From: Candidatus Eiseniibacteriota bacterium
GTDB taxonomy: Bacteria > Eisenbacteria > RBG-16-71-46 > CAIMUX01 > VGJL01
DNA: 64,000 nucleotides
Direction: 5' to 3'
Assembly (NCBI GenBank): GCA_963792585.1
Contig: CAWBWI010000002.1
Coordinates: 320,001-384,000, forward strand
The translations under genes and the position numbers were made by a program. The notes beneath the pieces are model-generated. The model saw only the letters and a program-made list of their open reading frames with translations. It ran no database searches and was not told where the DNA came from. Positions within the stretch are counted from its first letter, which is position 1. Each line of letters starts with the position of its first letter. Below, one piece after another: positions 40,653 to 51,040 of the stretch.

Positions 40653-41237
40653 GTGGAATTGACCGACCTGATCGAGCGCTGCCGTAGCGGTGACGACCTA
40701 GCCTGGGAGGCCCTCGTTCGACGCTTCCAGGGTCGCGTCTACGGTCTGTCCCTCTTCTACCTTGGGAATGCGGAGGAGGCCCGGGACCTGGCCCAGGATG
40801 TCTTCATCCGGCTATATCGGCGATTGGACCGATGCACGAATGACGAGACGTTCGTTCCCTGGATGCTTCAGATCACACGGAACGCTGCCATCGACCGCCT
40901 GCGACGGATCAAGGCACGACCGGCGACCGTCTCCGTTCCCGTCGACGAGATGCTCGATCTCGCCTCTTCCGACCTCCACCCGGACGAGGAGTGGCGGCGC
41001 AACCGGAAGCGGGATCTCGTCCACCGAGCCCTGGACCGGCTGAGCAGGATCAACCGGGAGATTGTCATCTTGAAGGAAATCCAGGGGCAGAGCCTTGAGA
41101 CCATCGCCTCGTTCCTCAACCTCCCGCTTGGAACGGTCAAATCTCGATCGCATCGCGCGCGAATCGAACTTGCCCGCGAGGTTCGCGCCCTCACCGAAGA
41201 GGAGCCGGCACCCCCGGGAGGAGGCTTCCAACCATGA
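40653..41237 (+). CDS. ECF sigma-70 factor
   Basis: AWEALVRRFQ, EARDLAQDVF, WMLQITRN..ID, IASFLNLPLGTVKSR. Confidence 0.93.
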   Translation: MELTDLIERCRSGDDLAWEALVRRFQGRVYGLSLFYLGNAEEARDLAQDVFIRLYRRLDRCTNDETFVPWMLQITRNAAIDRLRRIKARPATVSVPVDEMLDLASSDLHPDEEWRRNRKRDLVHRALDRLSRINREIVILKEIQGQSLETIASFLNLPLGTVKSRSHRARIELAREVRALTEEEPAPPGGGFQP

Positions 41238-42253
41238 ACTGCAGCCAGTTCGACGAGAAGCTGCACCTGCTGGCCGACCCCGCCGCGCCGGAGTTCTTGA
41301 GGTGGGCTGGATCCGCGCACGCGGCCGGTTGCGATCGGTGCCGGCGCCTGCTCGAGATCGCATCCGGGGAAGGCGACAGCCTCGATCCGGCGGTTGAGGA
41401 GGATCTGACGACCAAGATTCTGCAGGGTACCACCGGCGCCATCTGCGATCGAATCGACGCACAGCTGTGTGACTGGGTGGACGGGCTGCTACCGGCCGAG
41501 GACGCCGAACTGCTCCGCCAACACCTGGACAGGTGTCCCGGGTGCAGGAATCTCGTCGCGGACATGAGGGAACTTGGGGGGATGCTGCCCCAGTTTGCCG
41601 AGATTGCGCCCGACCCGCGCTTCGTCCGAGACGTCCTTGACCGGACCACCCGCGCCGGGAGTCTCCGCTCGAGGCCCGCGAGCGCGCTGGAGCGATGGCT
41701 TTCCGGGCTCGTGCGGCGCCCCCGTCTACCGCAGGAGGTCGCCTACGTGGCCGCGATGCTCCTGTTCCTGGCCATCGGCGCGTCCCCCGGCCCCTTCGTG
41801 CGATCCGGCACAGGAAACAACCTCCCTCTGATGGACGCGCCCCTGATCGCCGCGGGCGGGTTCGGTCAAGGAATCGAGAGCGTCTCCCTCTTTGCAAGGG
41901 ACATCGGCGCCGGGATCGAGGAACTCACCGGCCGACACTGGCTACCCGAGTTCCACACGTACGCCCCGGCACTTGCTCGGACCGGCGCCCGCATCGATGC
42001 GAGCGCAGGATGGCTTGCGCGAGACGGGTCCAGGGCGGCCGCCGCGCTGATCCGGCTTGATACGGTGGAGATCTGGAGCGCTTTCGTGGAATGTCGCGAT
42101 GGGATCCGGCTGTGCTGGAAGAACCCGCAGTCAACCGAACCTTCCGGCGCCCCACTGCGTAATCCCGGCCAAGCCGACCAACCGCAGAACGAACGGCGGC
42201 TCGAGAAGGAGGAGAATCATGGCAACGACGATCGAGACGCTGGCGCAAAGTGA
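41234..42253 (+). CDS. Anti-sigma factor with two zf-HC2 motifs and a TM helix
   Basis: HAAGCDRC and HLDRCPGC; hydrophobic VAYVAAMLLFLAIGA; ATGA overlap with the sigma gene. Confidence 0.85.
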   Translation: MNCSQFDEKLHLLADPAAPEFLRWAGSAHAAGCDRCRRLLEIASGEGDSLDPAVEEDLTTKILQGTTGAICDRIDAQLCDWVDGLLPAEDAELLRQHLDRCPGCRNLVADMRELGGMLPQFAEIAPDPRFVRDVLDRTTRAGSLRSRPASALERWLSGLVRRPRLPQEVAYVAAMLLFLAIGASPGPFVRSGTGNNLPLMDAPLIAAGGFGQGIESVSLFARDIGAGIEELTGRHWLPEFHTYAPALARTGARIDASAGWLARDGSRAAAALIRLDTVEIWSAFVECRDGIRLCWKNPQSTEPSGAPLRNPGQADQPQNERRLEKEENHGNDDRDAGAK

Positions 42254-42797
42254 GGAGGGGATTTCCATGAACCCAGTCCAGAATCAGCAGCCTGCCGCAT
42301 ATGGGGAGCGCAGGAAACTCCCGTTGCTCGCGGGGTTCCTGTCGCTGATGCCGGGGCTCGGCCTTATCTACGTCGGCTACTACCGGCGCGGCTTCACGAA
42401 CATCCTGGTCGTGGCGGGGGTGATTGCGCTGGTGGCCTCGAACGACCCGGGCATGAGAGCGCTCAAGCCTTTCCTCGCGTTGTTCCTCGCGTTCTTCTGG
42501 CTCTACAACATCCTCGACGCGGTCCGGACCGCGGGCCTCTACAACGATGCGGTGGCGGGGATGGCGCCAGAGGATCTGCGGCGCGAGCTGGTTCTGACCG
42601 GTCGGGGAGGCTCGATCGCCGGCGGCCTCGGCCTCATCGCGCTCGGCGTGCTCTTCTTCCTGAACACGATGTTCGATGTTCCGCTCACCTGGCTGAAGGA
42701 CTGGTGGCCCCTCGCGCCGGTCATCTTCGGCGCTTACCTCCTCGTTCGCGGCATCCAGGACCGTCGCGAGAAGGCGGGAGCGGGCAACAGCCGATAG
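42219..42797 (+). CDS. Membrane protein (TM2-like N-terminus, LiaF/DUF5668-like C-terminus)
   Basis: LSLMPGLGLIYVG; GLGLIALGVLFFL..WWPL; strong RBS. Confidence 0.75.
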   Translation: MATTIETLAQSEEGISMNPVQNQQPAAYGERRKLPLLAGFLSLMPGLGLIYVGYYRRGFTNILVVAGVIALVASNDPGMRALKPFLALFLAFFWLYNILDAVRTAGLYNDAVAGMAPEDLRRELVLTGRGGSIAGGLGLIALGVLFFLNTMFDVPLTWLKDWWPLAPVIFGAYLLVRGIQDRREKAGAGNSR

Positions 42798-43052
42798 GGT
42801 GAAGGGATCCGCACGGAGGTCGTCCCGGGAAGCCCGTGGACGGCCTCCTGCATTCCTGCAGGCGGCACGGTCTTCGTGCCCCCGAGTCCGACGCGATCCG
42901 TGCCGAGGTTGCCCCGGCCGTCAAGATTGCTACAATCCCTACGGTGCGAGTTGCCCCCGGTTCCGGCGCGGCCCGTTTGCGACCGATGAACGGAATCGCC
43001 CGGATACCGCGTCCAATCTATATAGGATGGTTCCGATCCATAGGAGGATCCG

Positions 43053-43799
43053 ATGTCCCTCGCTGCGTCAGCTGGAGCCTCACGCCCTTCCGTCCGGCGA
43101 TTGTTGATCATCGGTCTTGGACTCATCTCCACCTGCATCGCCTACTCCGCGGCGCAGGGTCAGGCCGCCCCAACGCCGGCCGAGGCGGACGAGTCGAGTA
43201 GGATGGCCGTGGAGATCCTGGGCTTCGATACGGTGGAGGCGCGCGAGCGCGATGCGATTTCTCGGGATCTGGACGCCGTACGCGAGGAGATCTCCGATCT
43301 CGAATCGCGCTTGAACTCCGCCCGACCGATCGAGTCCGCGGCCAAATGGCGGATGGAGCCGAAGAAGAAGATCATCGACGCGATCAAGTCGAACCTGGAT
43401 CTCGCGAAGAAGGAGAGACGGGAGTCGGACGTGCTGCGGCTCGAATCGCTCAAGAAGCGAGCTGAAGCCGAGCTGAAGTTCCTCGAGCGAGTCGCCGGGA
43501 TGCGGACAGCAGACGTCAAGCGCTTGGAGAAGGGCAAGGAATACGCCGATGCCCGCAAGAAGGCGCTCGATCTCGAGTTGATGCTCAATGAGAGAAGGGC
43601 GGCGTTCAAGGCGCTCCCCGAAGGGGATCCGACCGCTCCGACGAGGCAGGCGGAACTCTACGAGTTCGAGAAGCAGGCCCTCGCCGCGCTCAGCGACGCC
43701 GCGGAGAAGGGGAGTGACGCTGCGGGGAGGGCGAAGGAGTTCGCGGAGAAGCGAAACGAAGTGTACGAGGCGATCGTGGAGTACCGGAAGCTGCCCTAA
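43053..43799 (+). CDS. Secreted coiled-coil hypothetical protein
   Basis: Signal peptide; E/K/A/L-rich helical sequence. Confidence 0.7.
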   Translation: MSLAASAGASRPSVRRLLIIGLGLISTCIAYSAAQGQAAPTPAEADESSRMAVEILGFDTVEARERDAISRDLDAVREEISDLESRLNSARPIESAAKWRMEPKKKIIDAIKSNLDLAKKERRESDVLRLESLKKRAEAELKFLERVAGMRTADVKRLEKGKEYADARKKALDLELMLNERRAAFKALPEGDPTAPTRQAELYEFEKQALAALSDAAEKGSDAAGRAKEFAEKRNEVYEAIVEYRKLP

Positions 43800-43886
43800 C
43801 GAGGGCTCCGTCGGCGGGGGAGACAGGGACCTCCAACACGCACGCGGTACGCGCTCACCATGCCGCGCGCAGGGGGATCCAGATTC

Positions 43887-46040
43887 ATGATGCTCAAGTC
43901 GCTCGGTCACTACGAGATTCTCGAGAAGATCGGGTCCGGCGGGATGGGAGAGGTCTATCGGGCGCGCGATACCCGGCTCGAACGGATCGTCGCCCTGAAG
44001 GTGCTGAGCCCGGAAACGGCGATACAGCCTGGGATGCGAAAGCGGTTCGAGCGCGAGGGCCAGGCGGTTGCCTCGCTGCAGCATCCCAATATCTTGACGA
44101 TCTACTCGGTCGAAGAGACCGACGGCGAGCTCTTCCTCACGATGGAACTGATCGAGGGTCAGAACCTCTCCGACGCGATTCCGGTCGGAGGGTATCCGCT
44201 GGGCCGGTTTCTCGACCTGGCGATCCAACTCGTCGATGCCGTGAGTTGCGCCCACCGGACGGGAATCACCCACCGCGATCTGAAGCCGAGCAACGTCATG
44301 GTCAATGCCGACGGGCACCTCAAGGTCCTGGACTTCGGGCTGGCCAAGCTCGTCGAGCCCGAAGGCGGGCCGTTCACGGACCTCGGAACAATCACCTTGG
44401 GCGTGACCGAGGAAGGGGCGATCCTGGGAACGATCGCCTACATGTCCCCTGAGCAACTGCGCGGGCTATCGGCAGACTACCGGTCGGATATCTTCTCGCT
44501 CGGGATCGTCCTCTACGAGATGCTGACCGGAACGAACCCGTTTGGGAAGGACACGTCCGCGGACCTCATCTCCTCGATCCTCCGCGACCGTCCAAAGCTT
44601 GCCTCGGCCATGCGGCCGGACATTCCTCGGCGGTTGGCGCAGGTGATCGACCGCTGCCTGGAAAAGGATCCGAACGTGCGCCTGCAGTCGGCTCTTGCCC
44701 TCCGCAACGACCTCGAGGAGCTCAAGAGACACATGGAGTCGGGGGAGGCGGAGCGCATCCGCTCGATCGCCGTGCTTCCGCCGGTGGACCTGAGTCTGGA
44801 GGGGGACCAGGAGTACTTCTGCGATGGCCTCGCCGACGAGCTGATCCAGGATCTGGTACGGATCCGCACGCTCCGCGTCGCCCCTTCGACCTCCACGATG
44901 CTGATGCGGAGAGCCGTCGCCAATGCCCTGGAAATCGGCCGGCGCCTCGACGTCGAGGTCGTTCTGCAGGGAGGGGTCCGCAGGATTGGAGACAGTCTTC
45001 GCATCCAGGTGGAACTCCTCGAAGTGGCGACCGGCCGCCTCCTTTGGTCGGAGCAATACGATCGCGCGCTCAAGGATGTCTTCGTGATCCGGGCCGAGAT
45101 CGCGAGAAGCATCGTGGAGGCGCTTCAGGTCACGATGACGATGGGGGAGAAGCGATCCCTCGAGACGAAACCGACCGCCGATATCGAGGCATACGACTAT
45201 TACCTGCGGGGACGTCGGTGCTTCTATCAATATCGCCGAAAGGGGATCGAACTCGCCCTTCAGATGTTCCGTCTCGCGACCAAGCATGACCCGGGTTACG
45301 CGCGGGCCTATGCCGGGATCTCCGACTGCTTCTGCTTCCTCTACCTGTACGCCGATCGGAGCCGAACGAGCCTCGATGAAGCGGATCGCGCGAGCCATAC
45401 GGCGCTCGAACTCAACCCCGACCTTGCGGAGGCCCACGTGTCCCGCGGGCAGGTCCTTTCGCTCAGCGGACTACACAGCGAGTCGGAGGCCGAGTTCGAG
45501 ACGGCGATCCGGCTCGGGCCGAAGCTGTTCGAGGCGCATTACCTGTACGCCCGGGACTGCTTTGCCCAGGGGAAACTCGAGAAGGCCGCCAACCTCTTCG
45601 AACTTGCCTCGAGCGCGCGGCCCGATGACTACCAGGCATCGCTTCTCGTCGCGCAGGTCTATGAACGGCTGGAACGAACTGCCGACGCGCGTTCTGCGCA
45701 AGCTCGCGGCGTTCGCATCGCCGAGGAGCGGCTGAAGCTCGACCCGGACGATGTGCGCGCTCTCTACATGGGGGCGAATGGGCTGATCTCGCTCGGAGAG
45801 CGGGAGCGAGCGTTGGAGTGGGCGACGCTCGCGCTGGAGATGGAGCCGGACGAGCCGATGGTGCTCTACAATGTGGCCTGCATCTTTTCCCTGGCGGGCA
45901 ACCTCGACGAAGCCATCGACTACCTGGAGAGGGCCGTTCGCTTGGGTCTGCGGCAAGTGGGATGGTTTCAGAACGATTCCAACCTCGATCCGCTGCGCAC
46001 GCTTCCCCGCTTCGCGCAACTGATGAAGGAAATGCTCTAG
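43887..46040 (+). CDS. Ser/Thr protein kinase with TolB-N-like and TPR domains
   Basis: IGSGGMGEVY, ALKVL, HRDLKPSN, DFGLAK, YMSPEQ; SIAVLP..EYFCDG; TPRs; YNVAC. Confidence 0.95.
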   Translation: MMLKSLGHYEILEKIGSGGMGEVYRARDTRLERIVALKVLSPETAIQPGMRKRFEREGQAVASLQHPNILTIYSVEETDGELFLTMELIEGQNLSDAIPVGGYPLGRFLDLAIQLVDAVSCAHRTGITHRDLKPSNVMVNADGHLKVLDFGLAKLVEPEGGPFTDLGTITLGVTEEGAILGTIAYMSPEQLRGLSADYRSDIFSLGIVLYEMLTGTNPFGKDTSADLISSILRDRPKLASAMRPDIPRRLAQVIDRCLEKDPNVRLQSALALRNDLEELKRHMESGEAERIRSIAVLPPVDLSLEGDQEYFCDGLADELIQDLVRIRTLRVAPSTSTMLMRRAVANALEIGRRLDVEVVLQGGVRRIGDSLRIQVELLEVATGRLLWSEQYDRALKDVFVIRAEIARSIVEALQVTMTMGEKRSLETKPTADIEAYDYYLRGRRCFYQYRRKGIELALQMFRLATKHDPGYARAYAGISDCFCFLYLYADRSRTSLDEADRASHTALELNPDLAEAHVSRGQVLSLSGLHSESEAEFETAIRLGPKLFEAHYLYARDCFAQGKLEKAANLFELASSARPDDYQASLLVAQVYERLERTADARSAQARGVRIAEERLKLDPDDVRALYMGANGLISLGERERALEWATLALEMEPDEPMVLYNVACIFSLAGNLDEAIDYLERAVRLGLRQVGWFQNDSNLDPLRTLPRFAQLMKEML

Positions 46041-46067
46041 ATCCAGTATGCGGAGGACAAGAACGAA

Positions 46068-46094
46068 GGGCCCCGGCGAATCGCCGGGGCCCTT
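46068..46094. terminator. GC-rich hairpin after the kinase gene
   Basis: AGGGCCCCGGCGA-A-TCGCCGGGGCCCT. Confidence 0.6.
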
Positions 46095-46099
46095 GAAGT

Positions 46100-46116
46100 T
46101 GGTAGCGGGGGTCCGG
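46100..46116 (-). other. tRNA-Met-like 3'-end remnant, possible att site
   Basis: Minus strand CCGGACCCCCGCTACCA; no complete tRNA; lies at the switch from core genes to phage/defence genes. Confidence 0.4.
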
Positions 46117-46304
46117 TACGAGGCCCAACAGAGGAATCGGGGGAGGGAGATCGAGGTCGTAGATCTGGCGTTCGAGGCGCGGGGGACGGCGCTGCTGCCG
46201 GTGGGAGCAGCCGGGGCATAATGCCCAGCCGTGGCACATCGGTTCCTTTGGGCGCCAGGCCCTCGGGTGGCCGGCGACCGCACGTCTCGTAACGTGGGAG
46301 AGCC

Positions 46305-46892
46305 GTGAAACAAGCTACCACCCGTACCAGCTCACCACGTGGGCGGCGGCCCGAACGGGTTTCCCTGCGGGAGTACGCCCGCAGGATCGGGGTCTCCCAC
46401 GTCTCGGTGATCCGCGCGATCCGCTCGGGGCGGATCTCCACGGTCGGCGGCAAGATCGATCCTGCCGTGGCCGACCGGGAGTGGCGGGAAAACACGGATC
46501 AGAGCAAGCCGCTGAACCGGATCACCGGCCGGCCGAGGCGCCGGCGCGCACCCGATCAGCCGGCGATGCCCATGGAACTTGCCGGCGGCGGATTCGGCGT
46601 CGGAGATGGCGACGCCACTACAGCCGGCTACGCCCGGGCGCGCGCCGCCCGGGAACTGTTTCTAGCGCAGCTCGCCAAGATCGTGCTCGATGAGAGGCGC
46701 GGTATCCTCGTCCGCGCCGATGAGGTTCGGCTAGGAGCGTTCACCATGGCGCGCAAGGCCCGGGACCAGCTGATCGCGCTCCCCGAGCGCGTGGCCGCCA
46801 TCCTTGCCGCCACCCAGGACCCGGCGGAGGTGCAGTGCATCCTCGAAGAGGAGATCGAGCGGGTCTGTCAGGAGATCGCGGAGGTTGGATGA
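46305..46892 (+). CDS. Phage terminase small subunit-like protein (Nu1-type), orphan
   Basis: SLREYARRIGVSHVSVIRAI HTH; GKID...ADREW; YARARAARE..A.L..I..DE.RG.LV.ADEV. Confidence 0.7.
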   Translation: MKQATTRTSSPRGRRPERVSLREYARRIGVSHVSVIRAIRSGRISTVGGKIDPAVADREWRENTDQSKPLNRITGRPRRRRAPDQPAMPMELAGGGFGVGDGDATTAGYARARAARELFLAQLAKIVLDERRGILVRADEVRLGAFTMARKARDQLIALPERVAAILAATQDPAEVQCILEEEIERVCQEIAEVG

Positions 46893-46949
46893 TAGGGGCC
46901 CCTCTGGAGCAGACGGGACCGGGCCTGGCACCGGGCAGGCGCCGAGGCT

Positions 46950-48599
46950 CTACCCTTTGTGCTCACCGGGACCATCGCGATCGGGTAGCTCGAGATCCTG
47001 CTCAACCGACACCTCGTGGCGGATCACGTGCTTCGGGTTTGTTCCCGAACGCCTCCGCTCCTCAGCGCTGACGAGAACTGCCACGGAGAACAGGGCGGAC
47101 TTCACAATCCGGAGTAGGCGTAGCGTCTCCCAGACCATGGACTTGTATTCAATACGCATCACACCTTCCGGATCGGTTCCATGCAGCGCTTTCTTGCTGA
47201 GGACAAGGCAGCGGTGGGTATGGGCGTTCCTTATGTCCGAGATCCTCTTGTACCGTTCGTGTTCCAGGTCCAGGGCCAGATCTACCAGCGACACGACCCC
47301 GTAGTCGTCGCGGTCGCGGAGGCTTATTCGGACACGAGTTGCGGACGCAGGCACCTTTGCCTTCAGATCTTCGTCGTCCCGCCAAAGGACTCTGAAGCCA
47401 GTCCGCCTCGATGGGATACCAAGCCCGAGATACTCGTTCACCAGGAAGGCGATCTTGTCGAGAACGTCGAACGCCTGGCCGAATGCCGCTTTGAGAAGCC
47501 CCCCATACAGATGAGACACCGCTCCATCACGGAGATCTGCAAAGAGGGTGGTGCGGCTCACGGCATCCCTATCGGGGTCGCGGTCGAGCGACAGAAACGT
47601 GAGGTAACGCGCGACCGCGTAGTCTTCCTTGATCTGATTGAAACGGATCGCCAAAGCCGGGAACCGAGAGGGCTCGCTCTTCCCTTCCAGTGTCTCGACG
47701 AATACATCATCGCGGAGTGCCGCCGAAGCCTCCTCGTCACATAGGTGGTACGTAAGGAAGAGCCGCTCGTCCCTGCTGAACGCCAGGAAACGCCTCATGA
47801 GCGGTGAGAGCGCCGCGAGGTCTGCGGGCCTATGCGTTCGAGGCTCGTCGGCCCGGATGGCTTTCCCGAGAATTCCCTCGATTCTCTTGAGGTCGCTGCC
47901 CCAGTGCTCACGGACCTGTGCACCTCCTGTCCCAGCGAGTCTCGGGTCGCTCGTGGCTTGAGCAAGAAGCCGGCCTGCCTCGTGAAGGGCCTCGACCCGG
48001 GACACGCCGAGCCTCGGCGCGATCGCTTCCAGTGCCTCTCCCTTGTTTCCCTTCGCCATGGGATGTCCGGGATTCAGATGTAGGGCTTGGTCGTATGCGT
48101 ACAAGGCTTCGAGCTTCCGGCCGACGAGGGAAAGGCGGTTTCCGTAGTTGACCCAATGCTCGGGAGAGGTCCCGGTCTTCTCGTCCTCCAAGAGCTCGGC
48201 GAAGAGATGCTTCGCTCGACGACAGCTTTCGTTTTCCTGCAGGTTCCAGTAGGTCCATGCCTGGGCCATCACCTGAAGCCGACCCAGGCCGTCCAGACCG
48301 TTTGCGAGGTTGTATTGAATGATCCTCCGTGTTTTAGGGGGGAGCTTGATCTCTAGAAGCCCGTCCAGAATGGCGACCCCGCGCTCAATCAGCGTGGACT
48401 CCTCCGAATGCGAGCCGATGTCGATCAAGAATCCGGCGCAGCTCCCCAGAACACTCTCGTTTGCCCCCGGCTTCGCCAGAAGGCTCTCAGTCTTAGCGAG
48501 CGCCTCGGACAATTGCCCCTGGCTGATCAGGGCGTGAGCAGCCCTGAGGGCGTCCTCCCACTCGGCCGGCGTTAGCTGGCTGTCGTTGTCGGATGTCAT
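46950..48599 (-). CDS. TPR plus LA2681-like HEPN protein
   Basis: TPRs; FNQIKEDYAVAR, LKAAF..AFDVLDKIA, RNAHTH (Rx4H). Confidence 0.8.
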   Translation of the reverse strand: MTSDNDSQLTPAEWEDALRAAHALISQGQLSEALAKTESLLAKPGANESVLGSCAGFLIDIGSHSEESTLIERGVAILDGLLEIKLPPKTRRIIQYNLANGLDGLGRLQVMAQAWTYWNLQENESCRRAKHLFAELLEDEKTGTSPEHWVNYGNRLSLVGRKLEALYAYDQALHLNPGHPMAKGNKGEALEAIAPRLGVSRVEALHEAGRLLAQATSDPRLAGTGGAQVREHWGSDLKRIEGILGKAIRADEPRTHRPADLAALSPLMRRFLAFSRDERLFLTYHLCDEEASAALRDDVFVETLEGKSEPSRFPALAIRFNQIKEDYAVARYLTFLSLDRDPDRDAVSRTTLFADLRDGAVSHLYGGLLKAAFGQAFDVLDKIAFLVNEYLGLGIPSRRTGFRVLWRDDEDLKAKVPASATRVRISLRDRDDYGVVSLVDLALDLEHERYKRISDIRNAHTHRCLVLSKKALHGTDPEGVMRIEYKSMVWETLRLLRIVKSALFSVAVLVSAEERRRSGTNPKHVIRHEVSVEQDLELPDRDGPGEHKG

Positions 48600-49426
48600 C
48601 GAATGGACCCCCGGTGAGTGGCCGGTTGAGGAGGTCGGCTAACGCTGATGCGGAACTCGGTCGCGGAGCAGATGAGCCAGAACTTGCACTGCCGTTTGTG
48701 GGAGAGGCCATGGCCGACCAACTCCGCTTCGATCTCGTAGGTACCCGCCGGCAGGACCCAATCCGGATTCCTCCAGCCGGGTCCATAGAGGTAGGAGCGG
48801 TCATTGAAGTGGTAGAACTCGGCCTCGTCCTTCCGCTTCATAGCAAACGCGATGTGCCAAGGTCGTTCCGGATCTTGGAGATCGGACGGGTAAAGTCGCG
48901 GAAGCCGGTGATTCGTCTCAACGGCCCGGAGATCGATCTTCCCAGCGGTATCAAGAGGTTGGATCACGTCCCCCCATCGTCCAAACCTCCACTCGGTCCA
49001 ATGGTCGCCCGTCCCATCGCCACAGTAACGAAACCGGACAGCCGCGCCCCCGACCGGAGTTCTGGATCCGAACGCGCGTATCCACCGTGGTGCGTCCTGA
49101 TGTTCGATTGTCGTCCCAAGTATCAGGAAGCCCCGCAGCCAGTTCTGATGCCGGGCCAGATCGAGAGCTTCACCTTCGAGTCCCTCCTCTGGTGAAGGTT
49201 CAGGGTGTCCCAGTGGGTGGGCCGCTGCGTCTACCAGGCGGAACTTCGGATCGGGCAGCAGAGCGTAACGGAGGACCAGCTGGAGAAAGGCATGCGCGGC
49301 GAATGAGAGCCCGATGAACTTCAGCCAGTCATCGACCCGAGTGGGGGCGCCGAGCATCGCAAGTGCGATGAGCGCCGCCACGCCGATTACAGCCATGCGG
49401 ATCACAATGTCGAGCAGTTTCCCGGA
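48596..49426 (-). CDS. Hypothetical membrane protein
   Basis: Two N-terminal TM helices; ATGA overlap with the HEPN gene; start uncertain. Confidence 0.6.
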   Translation of the reverse strand, partial: SGKLLDIVIRMAVIGVAALIALAMLGAPTRVDDWLKFIGLSFAAHAFLQLVLRYALLPDPKFRLVDAAAHPLGHPEPSPEEGLEGEALDLARHQNWLRGFLILGTTIEHQDAPRWIRAFGSRTPVGGAAVRFRYCGDGTGDHWTEWRFGRWGDVIQPLDTAGKIDLRAVETNHRLPRLYPSDLQDPERPWHIAFAMKRKDEAEFYHFNDRSYLYGPGWRNPDWVLPAGTYEIEAELVGHGLSHKRQCKFWLICSATEFRISVSRPPQPATHRGSIR

Positions 49427-49646
49427 CATCGGACCTCCGTCCCCCATCGTCCAGGCGTACCCCCACAGGATTCGGCTGGAAAGTCATCGGGCGGGTGCAG
49501 CCATCGGACGCAGCCAGACGGAGCATAACGGAGCCTGTGGCCTGCGCCCACCATCGATCCAAACCGGCTCCTCTTTGGTCTAGCCGACGGAAACCGGCTC
49601 GCACTAGGCTCCAACACCGCTGGTGTCAACGGGTCGGGGGGGCGAC

Positions 49647-49830
49647 ATGACCAGGCGGGCCGATCCACGCGAGCCTTGGGTGCCCGTCGATGACGTCGTC
49701 GCGTATCTCGGCGAGGCCAAGGACAGGGTCCACCGATTGATTGGATCCAAGGCCTGCCTGCCCGCTGGCTCGGCCGCCTCTGGAAGTTCAATCTGAGCGA
49801 TGTGGACGCCTGGGTGCGAGTCCGCTCGGA
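49647..49830 (+). pseudogene. Excisionase-like HTH (HTH_17) pseudogene
   Basis: EPWVPVDDVVAYLG..KD.V.R then, in another frame, GLPA..LGRLWKF.LSDVDAWVR. Confidence 0.7.
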
Positions 49831-49879
49831 GCGCGATTGCGGTCCCGACGCCCATCCGCCCGGAAGGGCAGATGCGTAC

Positions 49880-50990
49880 CTTGCTCGCGGGAACGCAGGT
49901 CAAGGGTCAGTGCTGCCCTGGGAGGTCGTTCACCCCGAGCGGCGGGGGGAGCAGTACCTGTTCCGGCTGCGCTGCGGGCAGGACGTTCTCCAGGGAATGG
50001 AGATCGACCTGTTCCACCCCTTCGAGGCGATTCATCGGATCACGACCCGATTTGACCCGCGCCGCGTAGAGCGGCTGCGTGAATGGCTGCTCGACCACGA
50101 CACTTTTCTCCTGGGGCAGGCCCTCGGTCCTTCGGCGGTTCTCACAGTTCAGCCCGGTCGCCTCGACATCGGGCCTTGCCAGCTGGTCCAAGTCATGGGC
50201 GCCGAGTGGATGAGCCGGCGCGGCTGTTGCTCGCGGATGGCGTCGAGCTGGGCAAGACCGTCGAGGCGGGCGTGGTCATGGCCGAGCTGATCGCCGGGCG
50301 GTGCGCGCACCGAATCCTGATCTTTTCGCCGGCTGGGCCGCTCCTCGATCTGTGGCACCGCGAGATGCGCGACAGCTTCGGCCTCCGGTCCGCGGCGATC
50401 CGGGGCGCGGGGGGAGCTGCAGGAAATCCGGCGGCCCCTCGTCCTCGGAGCCAGTCCCTTCGACCATGTCTCCTCCTGCCTGACCTCCGTGGACTGCGCC
50501 AAGCAGGAGAAGGTCCTTCAAGAGCTCGAGCGGAGCGTGTGGGCCCCAGTCATCATCGATGAGGCGCATCACTGCATGCGTCTGGGGTCGGCGGGGGACT
50601 GGGAGGACTCGCGCCGCCGTCGGCCGGTCGAGGTCCTCGCGCCTGAGCCGGATGGTCTACTGCAGCCTCACGGCTACTCCTCATGACGGCTACGACCCGC
50701 ACGTCGCATCGATCGTGGATCCGCTTGAGCCGAGCCAAGTGGAAGAGCGTGGAGTACTCCGAGGCGAGCGATACCGTGGCACGTGGTCCACCGCCTGAAG
50801 CAGCACATCAAGGACCCAGAGACCGGGCAGCCGCTCTTCAAGACCCGACAGGTCACGCCGTGCCCAGTCCCATTCGACTGGGTCTCGAGGCCTGCGTTCC
50901 CGGCCCACCAACAGGCATTCCTCACCGGCCTCGCGCCGCGCTTGCGACAGGCCGTGCGCGAGCGCCATGGAGAATTTCCTCCACCTGGCA
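49880..50990 (+). pseudogene. SNF2-family helicase (DrmD-like) pseudogene, truncated
   Basis: [42 protein letters not shown] fragments in several frames; degenerate Walker A; C-terminal half absent. Confidence 0.75.
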
Positions 50991-51040
50991 CGTCAGGGCG
51001 CCAGAGTCTCGTATTCCGGCACCCGGACGAGCGAGTGCTG

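Noticed and set aside
46100..46180. Complete tRNA gene
   Set aside because: Only an acceptor-end-like stretch; no T-loop or cloverleaf
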